In this document: one piece after another, positions 55,521 to 63,533 of the stretch
How the letters are laid out: every line of letters starts with the position of its first letter
Position numbering within the stretch: position 1 is the first letter of the stretch
NCBI GenBank assembly: GCA_043800345.1
Contig: JAZDNB010000035.1
Coordinates: forward strand, 10,430 to 74,429
Reading direction: 5' to 3'
Length of the DNA: 64,000 bases
Source: Candidatus Omnitrophota bacterium
GTDB taxonomy: Bacteria; Omnitrophota; Gorgyraeia; VGKN01
Translations under genes and position numbers: made by a program
Notes under the pieces: generated by a model
The model's input: the letters and a program-made list of their open reading frames with translations, nothing else
What the model was told of the DNA's origin: nothing
Database searches by the model: none

Positions 55521-56155
55521 TGCACTATTTCTTCTTCTTTTAAAGAGAGGACGACAGTAAAATCCTGCACCTCTTTATCGGCTATCTTCTTAGACTGCAC
55601 CGATGTTAACTCTATTGTTTTAAAATCCCTGGAAAACTCTTCATCGCGCTTCAGATTCCCAATAAACTGATTTAAGGAATCTATTCCCGTATCGGCTATT
55701 GAGAAAACACTTCCGGAAATGACCATCGAGCGGATTACGCTTTTTGAAGGAAGCGTAGAAATTTGCGAAGCAGGAGCGCCCCCGGAGCCGATGTGTAGAC
55801 TGGTAAACCATATGCCATCAACAAGATTACCGCTGATACTGTTTAATTTTTCCGACCAAAAAAAACTTCTGGTAAAAATTTTTTTATAGGCAGTAATTTC
55901 ATTCTCAAGCTGAACGGCCTGAGATTTAAGCGCCTCAAGCTCTTTGTTCTTTGACTGAAGAAGAGACCATTCTTTATTTATCTTTCCAAGTCGCACAATT
56001 TTTGCCTCAATCGTTATCGTTAAAAAAAGACCGAGCATAAGAAACAAGCCGAAAAACCATAAACTTATAAAAAATTTTATGCCCTTCGGAAGGACCAATA
56101 TCCTTGTTTTTTTTATCTTTTTATATTCTTCCGGCAACAGGTTTATTTCTATCAT
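55517..56155 (-). CDS. pilN: PilN
   Basis: 212 aa. It has the N-terminal MIEINLLPEE signature, a TM and a coiled coil. Confidence 0.8.
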   Translation of the reverse strand: MIEINLLPEEYKKIKKTRILVLPKGIKFFISLWFFGLFLMLGLFLTITIEAKIVRLGKINKEWSLLQSKNKELEALKSQAVQLENEITAYKKIFTRSFFWSEKLNSISGNLVDGIWFTSLHIGSGGAPASQISTLPSKSVIRSMVISGSVFSIADTGIDSLNQFIGNLKRDEEFSRDFKTIELTSVQSKKIADKEVQDFTVVLSLKEEEIVQ

Positions 56156-56161
56156 ATATAG

Positions 56162-57190
56162 CTACATTCCTCTCAGTGCAAGACCCATACTTACCGCAAA
56201 CTGCCCCGCACTATCAAGTAAACCCCTATTTAAAATACTCTTGCTGGTCCGTATATGTTTTAGGGGATTCCATAATTTTGTCTCCACCCCTAGGGCATTT
56301 GTAAAAATTTTATCAATATTTTTTATAAGGCTGGTTCCCCCGCTTAAAAAAACCGCCTCTATCGGCTTCTCAAAATGGCTTTCATAATAATCCTGCGAGA
56401 GTTTTAACTCATTAAACAACCCTTCAAGCGCATAGCCTACAGCTTCCTCAACCGCCGTATCATTATCTTTCGGGTTACATTTAAACCGTTCTGCCTCGTC
56501 AAACGGAATACGCAATTTATCGGATAAATAGCGCGTGATAGCATTACCCGCTATTTCCAAATCGCGCGTAAGATACGAGATATCTTTCGACATTATACTA
56601 ATATTACTGACTTTCGCTCCGATATTAATTAATACGTAGGCGTTATTTTTTTCAAAATTAAAATTAGTGTGAAAGGCCTTTGCCACCGCAAATGAATCTA
56701 TATCTATCACTGCGGGAGTAAGTTCGCATTCCTCTAAAAGCTTTATGATATATCGGATCAAATCCTTTTTTGCGGCAACAAGTATTACCTTAATCTTATG
56801 TTCAGCCGAATCGGTTTCTATAATCTGAAAATCCAAAATAACATCCTGGACGCTAAAAGGAATATGTTTTTCCGCCTCATAGGTTAAAGCGCTTTTTAGC
56901 TCCTCACTGGTCATGGCGGGAAGTGTTATGTATCTTACGACCACGCTTTTTCCGGAAACGGAGGTATTGGCAAATTTCGATGTTATCCTTGCTTCTTTGA
57001 TAGCCTGTTTGATAGCATTTGATGCGGAAATAGTATGCGAAAGAGGGGCTTTGCTAAAATTTAATACCTCGATCTGCGCAGATCTTTTGATAAGTTCTAC
57101 GACCTTTATAGATGAGCTTCCTATATCAATGCCAATGGAAGATTTGGTATCTCTTGGTTTAAAAAACATTGCTACAATAATACAATGCAT
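56162..57190 (-). CDS. pilM: PilM (actin-like ATPase)
   Basis: 342 aa. It has SIGIDIGSSSIKVVEL, INIGAKVSNI and LSGGTS. The start may be the internal Met at 57169. Confidence 0.85.
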   Translation of the reverse strand: MHCIIVAMFFKPRDTKSSIGIDIGSSSIKVVELIKRSAQIEVLNFSKAPLSHTISASNAIKQAIKEARITSKFANTSVSGKSVVVRYITLPAMTSEELKSALTYEAEKHIPFSVQDVILDFQIIETDSAEHKIKVILVAAKKDLIRYIIKLLEECELTPAVIDIDSFAVAKAFHTNFNFEKNNAYVLINIGAKVSNISIMSKDISYLTRDLEIAGNAITRYLSDKLRIPFDEAERFKCNPKDNDTAVEEAVGYALEGLFNELKLSQDYYESHFEKPIEAVFLSGGTSLIKNIDKIFTNALGVETKLWNPLKHIRTSKSILNRGLLDSAGQFAVSMGLALRGM

Positions 57191-57204
57191 CGCTCAATTA
57201 GTCA

Positions 57205-57240
57205 AATAAAAAAGCCCCGCTTGTACAAGCGGGGCTTTTC
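57205..57240 (-). terminator. Intrinsic terminator after pilA
   Basis: On the minus strand the stem AAAGCCCCGCTT, loop GTAC and stem AAGCGGGGCTTT are followed by TTTTTTATTT. The hairpin lies 20 nt downstream of the pilA stop. Confidence 0.8.
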
Positions 57241-57258
57241 CTCTAGGCAAGCTTATGA

Positions 57259-57684
57259 CTACTCGATAGGAGCGCCAGATGCATCGTCAAGCCTGATTAC
57301 GCCTTCCTGATCTACAAAAAATGTCCTTACGCCGGTAACATTTGGGGTAACAGGGGCTGCGGTGCACGTATACGCATCAGCAGTACCAGCATAGGTATAC
57401 GTATAGCCTTGCCTTGTACCAGATCCCAGGGCAGAGTCGATATAAGGCGGGGTTGCGCCAGAAAGATCTGTCAAAGCCGCAGCATATGTCGGCGGGGTCT
57501 GCTGGGCCCTGTAACTTTCACACGCAGTTGATAATGTCCTTACATTAGCTATAGCGGCAGCCTCGTTCGCACTTATCCTTGTACGCAGTAGGTTCGGGAT
57601 GGCTATTGCAACCAATAGAGAAATAATGGCAACTACTATCATAAGCTCAACCAAGGTGAACCCTTTACGATTTAGTCTCATCAT
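57259..57684 (-). CDS. pilA: Type IVa major pilin
   Basis: MMRLNRKG|FTLVELMIVVAIISLLVAIAIPNL is a class III signal peptide with Glu5. A C-terminal Cys pair (C..C) is present. GGAGG lies 8 nt upstream of ATG 57684 (track start is GTG 57693). Confidence 0.9.
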   Translation of the reverse strand: MMRLNRKGFTLVELMIVVAIISLLVAIAIPNLLRTRISANEAAAIANVRTLSTACESYRAQQTPPTYAAALTDLSGATPPYIDSALGSGTRQGYTYTYAGTADAYTCTAAPVTPNVTGVRTFFVDQEGVIRLDDASGAPIE

Positions 57685-57739
57685 TTTACTCACCTCCTTT
57701 CCTTTTAATTATTTAAAAATAGTAAAATATTCCTATTAA

Positions 57740-57768
57740 ATAATACCACAAAAAACCGTAATTGTCAA
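57740..57768 (-). promoter_or_regulatory. Near-consensus sigma70-type promoter of pilA
   Basis: The minus strand reads TTGACA (57768-57763), a 17-nt spacer ending TGTGG (TRTG-type extended -10), then TATTAT (57745-57740). Confidence 0.6.
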
Positions 57769-57856
57769 ACGCCTCCCATGTAAATAATTAAGCTAACCTC
57801 AATATTGATAAATAGATAAACCACTAAAACCAATATTCAAAACTCAAAAAAAAGTG

Positions 57857-59074
57857 CTACCTTCCCACCAGCTGTGTTAACTTTAATATCGGCAAGAACA
57901 TGGAAAGCACTATAAAACCTACCACAATTCCCAAAAATCCGATGATAAGAGGTTCTATCATAGCCGTTAAGCCTGTAACCGCAGCATCTACTTGTTCATC
58001 GTAAAAATCAGCTATTTTAGTAAGCATTTTTTCAAGTTCCCCCGTTTTTTCGCCTACGGAAATCATTCTTATGACCATGGGCGGAAATAAACCGCTTCTT
58101 TCCAGAGGTGCCGAAAACGGCTCTCCTTCCCTTACATTATTCCCCGCAGCCAGTACGGTCCGTTCAATTACTTTATTTCCGGAGGTTTTGCTTACAATCT
58201 CAATCGCAGATAATATGGCAACGCCGCTCTTGACGAGCGTAGAGAGAGTCCTAGAGAATTTAGCAATAGCAATTTTTCTAAACAACGTTCCAAAAATAGG
58301 CAGTTTCAGCATGACTCTGTCAAAATGGAATCTGCCGATTTCTGTACGTATAACCCTGCCCAAGAGAATACCTATTACTATGAAAGCGCCTACCACGATT
58401 AAAAAATACCTTCTCAAAACATCGCTCGTGGATATCAAAATCTGTGTGGGAAGCGGTAGTTTGCCGCCCAGTACGGTAAAAATATTTTTAAACGTTGGTA
58501 CGACAAATAAAAGAAGCGCCGCGGTAATCGCAACAGCCATAAGAGAAACAACAAGAGGATATATAAGTGCGGCACGTACCTTTCTGGCTAAGGCCTGTGT
58601 TTTTTCAAGATAACTGGCAATTCTGTCAAGTATGGTATTTAAGGTACCGCTTGTTTCGCCGGCCTTTACCATGTTGATGAAAAACGACGAAAACACATTC
58701 TGATGACGGGCAAATGCATCAGATAAACTCAAGCCCGTCTGGATGTCATCATTGACTTTTTTTAAGACTGCCTTGAAGCCGATATTTTCCATTTCTTCCC
58801 CGAGTACTCTTATAGACTGGGAAAGAGGAATACCCGCATCTACCATGGTCGCAAGCTGCCTTGAAAATATCACAAGTTCGTCCGGTTTTATTTTTTTTCT
58901 AAAAGTAAAAGTGAATTTCTTTTTAGCTTCAAGCTTGCTTTGTTCTTCGGTAATAGATATTATAACAAGATCCTGTTTTCTTAAATTTTCTATTAAACGC
59001 TGGCGGTCCTCCGCCTCGAGCACTCCGCTTACCGTTTTACCTGCAGAATCCTTTGCAATGTATTTAAATATCAC
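57857..59074 (-). CDS. pilC: Type IV pilus platform protein PilC
   Basis: 405 aa. It has the duplicated GspF domain (FSRQLATMVDAGIPLSQS, FSRTLSTLVKSGVAIL) and three TM regions. Confidence 0.9.
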   Translation of the reverse strand: MIFKYIAKDSAGKTVSGVLEAEDRQRLIENLRKQDLVIISITEEQSKLEAKKKFTFTFRKKIKPDELVIFSRQLATMVDAGIPLSQSIRVLGEEMENIGFKAVLKKVNDDIQTGLSLSDAFARHQNVFSSFFINMVKAGETSGTLNTILDRIASYLEKTQALARKVRAALIYPLVVSLMAVAITAALLLFVVPTFKNIFTVLGGKLPLPTQILISTSDVLRRYFLIVVGAFIVIGILLGRVIRTEIGRFHFDRVMLKLPIFGTLFRKIAIAKFSRTLSTLVKSGVAILSAIEIVSKTSGNKVIERTVLAAGNNVREGEPFSAPLERSGLFPPMVIRMISVGEKTGELEKMLTKIADFYDEQVDAAVTGLTAMIEPLIIGFLGIVVGFIVLSMFLPILKLTQLVGR

Positions 59075-59094
59075 ACATACTCCTTGTTTTTATT

Positions 59095-60801
59095 CTAATC
59101 TTTGCTCGTAACCCGCAATACCTCATCGAGTGTGGTAAAACCGGAAAGGAAATTCTTGACCGCCTCATCCCGTAATGTTTTCATGCCTTTCGCTACGGCA
59201 TATATCTTGATCTCGTCCGATGAGGCCTTCTTTATTATAAGCTCTCTTATCGAATCGTCAATCAATAAAATTTCAAGTAGCGCCATCCTGCCGTAATAAC
59301 CGCTATTATTACAGTACCCGCAGCCCTTACCGCGATAAAAATCCTTATCGTTAGCCTCCTTGCTTGTGATACCAATTCTTTCAAGTACGGAAGCCGGTAT
59401 ATCGATTTTTTCTTTGCACCTCACGCAAATCTTCCGCATAAGGCGTTGGGCGCCTATCATTTTAACAGACGACGCTATAAGGAATTGTTCTATGCCCATA
59501 TCGATGATTCTTGTTACGGCCGAAGGCGCATCATTTGTATGAAGCGTACTCAATACGAGTTGTCCTGTCAAAGAAGCCTTTATGGCAATATCCGCCGTTT
59601 CCGAATCTCTTATCTCTCCTACCATAACTATATCGGGTGCTTGGCGCAGTATCGAACGCAGGCCATTTGCAAAACTCAGGCCTATCTCGGGCTTAACCTG
59701 TATCTGCGTCGTTCCGTCAATTATATATTCAACGGGATCTTCGATTGTTATTATGTGCTTTTCGGGGGTATTGATCTTATTTAAGATAGCATTAAGCGTT
59801 GTGGACTTACCGCTACCGGTAGGACCGGTAATAAGCAACATTCCGGACGTATTTGACGCACCTATTTTAACCTTTGAAAGCGCTTCCTCGGAAAAACCAA
59901 GGCTTTCAAGATTAAATGCCGAACTTGTTTTATCAAGCGCCCTTAGCACAATTTTATTACCATACGCTATCGGTAATACCGAAACTCTGAAATCAACTTC
60001 TTTATCGGAGAGCTTCACCTTAAACCTCCCGTCTTGCGGGAGGCGGGATTCAGTTATATCAAGCGTCGACATTATCTTCATTCGGGCAAGTACTGCATTT
60101 TGATTTTTCTTCGGCAGGCGTAATACGTCCTGTAGATTCCCGTCTATTCTGTACCTTATCCTTACATCGCGTTCTTGCGGTTCTATATGTATGTCGGAAG
60201 CCCTGCGGTGCAGCGCTTCCGTAATGATGAGATTCACCATCCTCACAATCGGCACCTGCTGGCTCTCTATGGCTACTTCGCCGAGGTCTAACTCCTCCGC
60301 CTCCGACACCAATTCGATATCTTCCAATTTTGCTTCGTCAAAAAGTTTTCCAAAATCTATTCCTTCGGTTATATAACATTTATCAATAACCTCGAGTATT
60401 GCTTCTTCGGTACTGAGTACGGGCTCGATTTGAAAACCGGTCAAAAGCTTGATGTCATCCATAGCAAATATGTTAAGTGGATCGCACATCGCAACGGTCA
60501 GGACCTTCTCAAATCTTGAGATGGGGATTATAAAGTAGTGGCGGGCGGTTTTTTCGGGAATTATCCGAACGGTCTCGAGGTCAATTTTATATTTTGCAAG
60601 ATTTATAGGCGGTATGTTTAAGCCCTCGCTTAAAACCGACATAAGTTCCTGTTGCGACATAGCCCCTTGCTCTACAAGAATTTTGGTAAGGTTTCCGCCC
60701 TTCACCTTCTGTATGGCAAGGGCCTTGTCAACTTTGCCCTGATCTAAAAAACCGCTTTTTATTAAAAGTTCATTTAAAATTTCCTTTACCGACTTAGGCA
60801 T
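59095..60801 (-). CDS. pilB: Type IV pilus assembly ATPase PilB (paralogue b)
   Basis: 568 aa. It has a T2SSE_N-like N-terminus, Walker A GPTGSGKSTT and a tetracysteine CVRC...CGYC. Confidence 0.9.
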   Translation of the reverse strand: MPKSVKEILNELLIKSGFLDQGKVDKALAIQKVKGGNLTKILVEQGAMSQQELMSVLSEGLNIPPINLAKYKIDLETVRIIPEKTARHYFIIPISRFEKVLTVAMCDPLNIFAMDDIKLLTGFQIEPVLSTEEAILEVIDKCYITEGIDFGKLFDEAKLEDIELVSEAEELDLGEVAIESQQVPIVRMVNLIITEALHRRASDIHIEPQERDVRIRYRIDGNLQDVLRLPKKNQNAVLARMKIMSTLDITESRLPQDGRFKVKLSDKEVDFRVSVLPIAYGNKIVLRALDKTSSAFNLESLGFSEEALSKVKIGASNTSGMLLITGPTGSGKSTTLNAILNKINTPEKHIITIEDPVEYIIDGTTQIQVKPEIGLSFANGLRSILRQAPDIVMVGEIRDSETADIAIKASLTGQLVLSTLHTNDAPSAVTRIIDMGIEQFLIASSVKMIGAQRLMRKICVRCKEKIDIPASVLERIGITSKEANDKDFYRGKGCGYCNNSGYYGRMALLEILLIDDSIRELIIKKASSDEIKIYAVAKGMKTLRDEAVKNFLSGFTTLDEVLRVTSKD

Positions 60802-60823
60802 AAAAACATACTCCTTTGCATCA

Positions 60824-62545
60824 TCATTCTTTTGCCATAACCCTTAGAATTTCCTCAATACTTGTTAAACCTTTTTGGGCTTTATTAAATCCATCGTCCC
60901 GCAAGGTAAGCATGCCTTCTTTACACGCCTCGTGTCGAATAACTGCTTCCGACGTTTTTTCTAAGATGAGCTTTTTTATTTTCGGCGATAACACCATCAG
61001 TTCAAATATCCCCATACGTTCCGAGTATCCCGTCCCATGGCATACCTCGCAACCTTTCGGTTTAAATAAGGTAACAGGAGGCTTAGGAAACGCATCGGCC
61101 TCAAAGAATTCTTTTAATAGCGACGGTGCTGCAACATAAGAAACCTTGCAGATTGGGCATAATCGCCGCACCAACCGCTGCGCAAGTACCGCTATTATTG
61201 AAGAAGTCATAAGAAACGGCTCTATCCCCATATTGATAAGCCTTACTATGGAACTTGCGGTATCGGTAGCATGCAGGGAACTGAGCACCAAGTGCCCCGT
61301 CAAAGCTGCTTTTATTGAAATATCCGCCGTATCAAAATCCCTTATTTCTCCGACCATAATCACATCCGGGTCCTGGCGCAAAATAGACCTGAGCGAGCCT
61401 GCAAACGTCAACCCAACGTTTGGCCTTATCGTCACCTGATTAACCCCTTCCAGATCAAATTCCACGGGATCTTCGACGGTTATAAGATTTTTCTCCACCG
61501 AATCGACAAATTTTAACACGGAATAAAGGGTTGTGGTTTTACCGCTACCGGTAGGGCCGCATACCAGTATCATACCATACGTTTTCATCGCTACTTTTTT
61601 TAGTTCATTGGTAACCTTCTCATCAAAACCAAGCTTATTAACATCCAATAGAACATTAGATTTATCAAGCACTCTTAAGCATACCTTTTCGCCGAAACTT
61701 GACGGCACAATTGAAACCCTGAAATCTACTTCTCTCTTGCCGTATTTTATTTTAAATCTTCCGTCTTGAGGAAGACGATGTTCCGCGATATTAAGATCCG
61801 ACATAACCTTTATTCTCGAAACAATAACACCTATCATTGACTTTGATGACCTGTGTAAAACCTGAAATACGCCATCTATCTTAAGACGAACTCTGAGTAT
61901 CTTCTCAAGCGGTTCTATCAAAACGTCCGATGCCTTTAATCTCACGGCCTCCGCCAAAAGATAATTCGTAAGTTTTATAATAGGGGTTTCCCTGACAAGT
62001 TTAAAGAGCTCTGCCTCTGTAGGCATTTCCATATCCCTGCCTTCTTCAAATACGCTCAAGGGGTTTTCGTCGATATCCTCAAGCAGTTGTTTTATCTCTT
62101 TTGATACCTCGGCCGTGGATTGGCTTTTTATTATCTCCATTATCTGTTCATATGAGGCAATAACTACTCTTATATCAAAACCGGTGATAGCTTTTAAATC
62201 ATCGATAGCAAAAAAATTGAACGGGTCAGCCATAGCTATGGTAATAACGTTTGAGAGGTTAGAAATCGGGATGAGCCGGTATGCGCTGATAAGCTTCTTG
62301 GGAATAAGAGAAAGTGTCTCCTGGCTTAATTTCAGTCTTGAGAGATTTATGGGCGGGATATCTAATGTTTCACTTAAAAACGCAAGCAGGTCATTTTGCG
62401 ATATAAAACCAAGTTCTATCAACGCCTGTATAAGGGGTATATCCTTTTCTTTCTGCTCCTCCAGGGCTTTTTTTAACTCGTCTTCGTTAATGAGCTTTGA
62501 TTCTATCAGGAGTTGGCCGAGCTGCTTTCTTAACGGTATTACCAT
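60824..62545 (-). CDS. pilB: Type IV pilus assembly ATPase PilB (paralogue a)
   Basis: 573 aa. It has N-terminal QLGQLLIESKLINEDELKKALEEQ plus a second repeat, Walker A GPTGSGKTTT and a tetracysteine CPIC...CEVC. Confidence 0.9.
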   Translation of the reverse strand: MVIPLRKQLGQLLIESKLINEDELKKALEEQKEKDIPLIQALIELGFISQNDLLAFLSETLDIPPINLSRLKLSQETLSLIPKKLISAYRLIPISNLSNVITIAMADPFNFFAIDDLKAITGFDIRVVIASYEQIMEIIKSQSTAEVSKEIKQLLEDIDENPLSVFEEGRDMEMPTEAELFKLVRETPIIKLTNYLLAEAVRLKASDVLIEPLEKILRVRLKIDGVFQVLHRSSKSMIGVIVSRIKVMSDLNIAEHRLPQDGRFKIKYGKREVDFRVSIVPSSFGEKVCLRVLDKSNVLLDVNKLGFDEKVTNELKKVAMKTYGMILVCGPTGSGKTTTLYSVLKFVDSVEKNLITVEDPVEFDLEGVNQVTIRPNVGLTFAGSLRSILRQDPDVIMVGEIRDFDTADISIKAALTGHLVLSSLHATDTASSIVRLINMGIEPFLMTSSIIAVLAQRLVRRLCPICKVSYVAAPSLLKEFFEADAFPKPPVTLFKPKGCEVCHGTGYSERMGIFELMVLSPKIKKLILEKTSEAVIRHEACKEGMLTLRDDGFNKAQKGLTSIEEILRVMAKE

Positions 62546-62683
62546 AGATTTACCCCTACGAAAAATACGGATTACTCGTTTTGCCTAAATGCTATTAAAA
62601 AAATTAACATTAAAGCGCAGTAATTATTTCCGGGGGAACGAACAGCACATCCTTTAAAGATATTATCATAGACCCTGCTAGTC

Positions 62684-63130
62684 CTAGTCTTGATAATAAC
62701 GCTTGCAGGCTTCTTTAATATCGGAAGCAGTGCTCACAAAAAACTGGATCTTTAAATTCGTGAGCTTCTCAAGCTCGCTAATCACTGCCTGATCCAAGAG
62801 GTCGGTTATAGATACCGTTAGGGTATTGCCAATCCTGTCTATAGGAATTAAGGAATACTTAAGGGCAAGCGTTTTGGGGACAATCTTTATCACCTCGGGA
62901 TTTAATTCATAATTTTTTAACGGCAAGTAGGGAAGGCCATATTGCATGGTGAGCGCCTGGACTATATCTTCTTCTTTGGCAAACCCCGAGTCTATCAGAA
63001 TCTGTCCGACAGGTTTCTTGTCATCCTTCTGCAGTTTTAATGCCTTGAAGAGCTGCTCTTTGGTGATAACCCCTTTTTCTATCAGAATCTCTCCGATAGG
63101 CTTTGTGATAAATCTCCTGTAAAGGGCCAT
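62684..63130 (-). CDS. Stand-alone T2SSE_N / MshEN-like domain protein (no ATPase domain)
   Basis: 148 aa. Two 24-residue repeats (PIGEILIEKGVITKEQLFKALKLQ and PVGQILIDSGFAKEEDIVQALTMQ) are separated by the 5 residues KDDKK. The rest of a GspE N-terminal domain follows (IPIDRIGNTLTVSITD). Confidence 0.7.
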   Translation of the reverse strand: MALYRRFITKPIGEILIEKGVITKEQLFKALKLQKDDKKPVGQILIDSGFAKEEDIVQALTMQYGLPYLPLKNYELNPEVIKIVPKTLALKYSLIPIDRIGNTLTVSITDLLDQAVISELEKLTNLKIQFFVSTASDIKEACKRYYQD

Positions 63131-63131
63131 A

Positions 63132-63461
63132 TTAAGATTTTTCTTGTATTGTTTCGCTCGGCTTATCTTCGCTTTTATCTCCGGGAACCGGTTCGCTTTC
63201 TTTCTCCATAATCTCCCTTACGGAGGTGTTATAGGAAAGATAAAGACCTACTAAGCTCATGATAATTCCCAGCCCAAGGAGGCCAAACACATGCATACTC
63301 GGCATTTCTATATGGAATAAATAATTCAATCCTACGTATGTGGAAATAAGGAGGGGCAGGATAAACATAAAACTAAAGGCAATCCTGTATTTTGTTACAG
63401 GCTCCTGAGGCTCAATAGAAAGTTTTTGCAATATACGTGCATCACTGCTACTATTTGCCAT
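63132..63461 (-). CDS. Small membrane protein (two predicted TM helices, acidic C-terminal tail)
   Basis: The probable start is MANSSSDARIL at 63461 (track ORF starts at GTG 63527). The TM segments are FSFMFILPLLISTYVGL and VFGLLGLGIIMSLVGLYL. No family was recognised. Its stop lies 1 nt before the start of the MshEN-like gene. Confidence 0.45.
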   Translation of the reverse strand: MANSSSDARILQKLSIEPQEPVTKYRIAFSFMFILPLLISTYVGLNYLFHIEMPSMHVFGLLGLGIIMSLVGLYLSYNTSVREIMEKESEPVPGDKSEDKPSETIQEKS

Positions 63462-63471
63462 AATTAGGGTT

Positions 63472-63499
63472 AGTGTACCACAAAATAGACACAAGTCAA
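63472..63499 (-). promoter_or_regulatory. Candidate sigma70-type promoter at the head of the T4P cluster
   Basis: The minus strand reads TTGACT (63499-63494), a 16-nt spacer ending TGTGG, then TACACT (63477-63472). This is only ~10 nt upstream of ATG 63461. Confidence 0.4.
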
Positions 63500-63533
63500 G
63501 AAAAATGCTGCAACTGACTGATTGCACACAATA

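Noticed and set aside
53130-63527. Cluster 2 as a recently acquired genomic island
   Set aside because: No integrase, transposase, tRNA target or flanking direct repeats are present. Composition, apart from pilA, looks like the flanks by eye. pilQ is translationally coupled to the downstream DUF2344 gene. An ancient rearrangement is more plausible, so this is kept only as a synteny observation.
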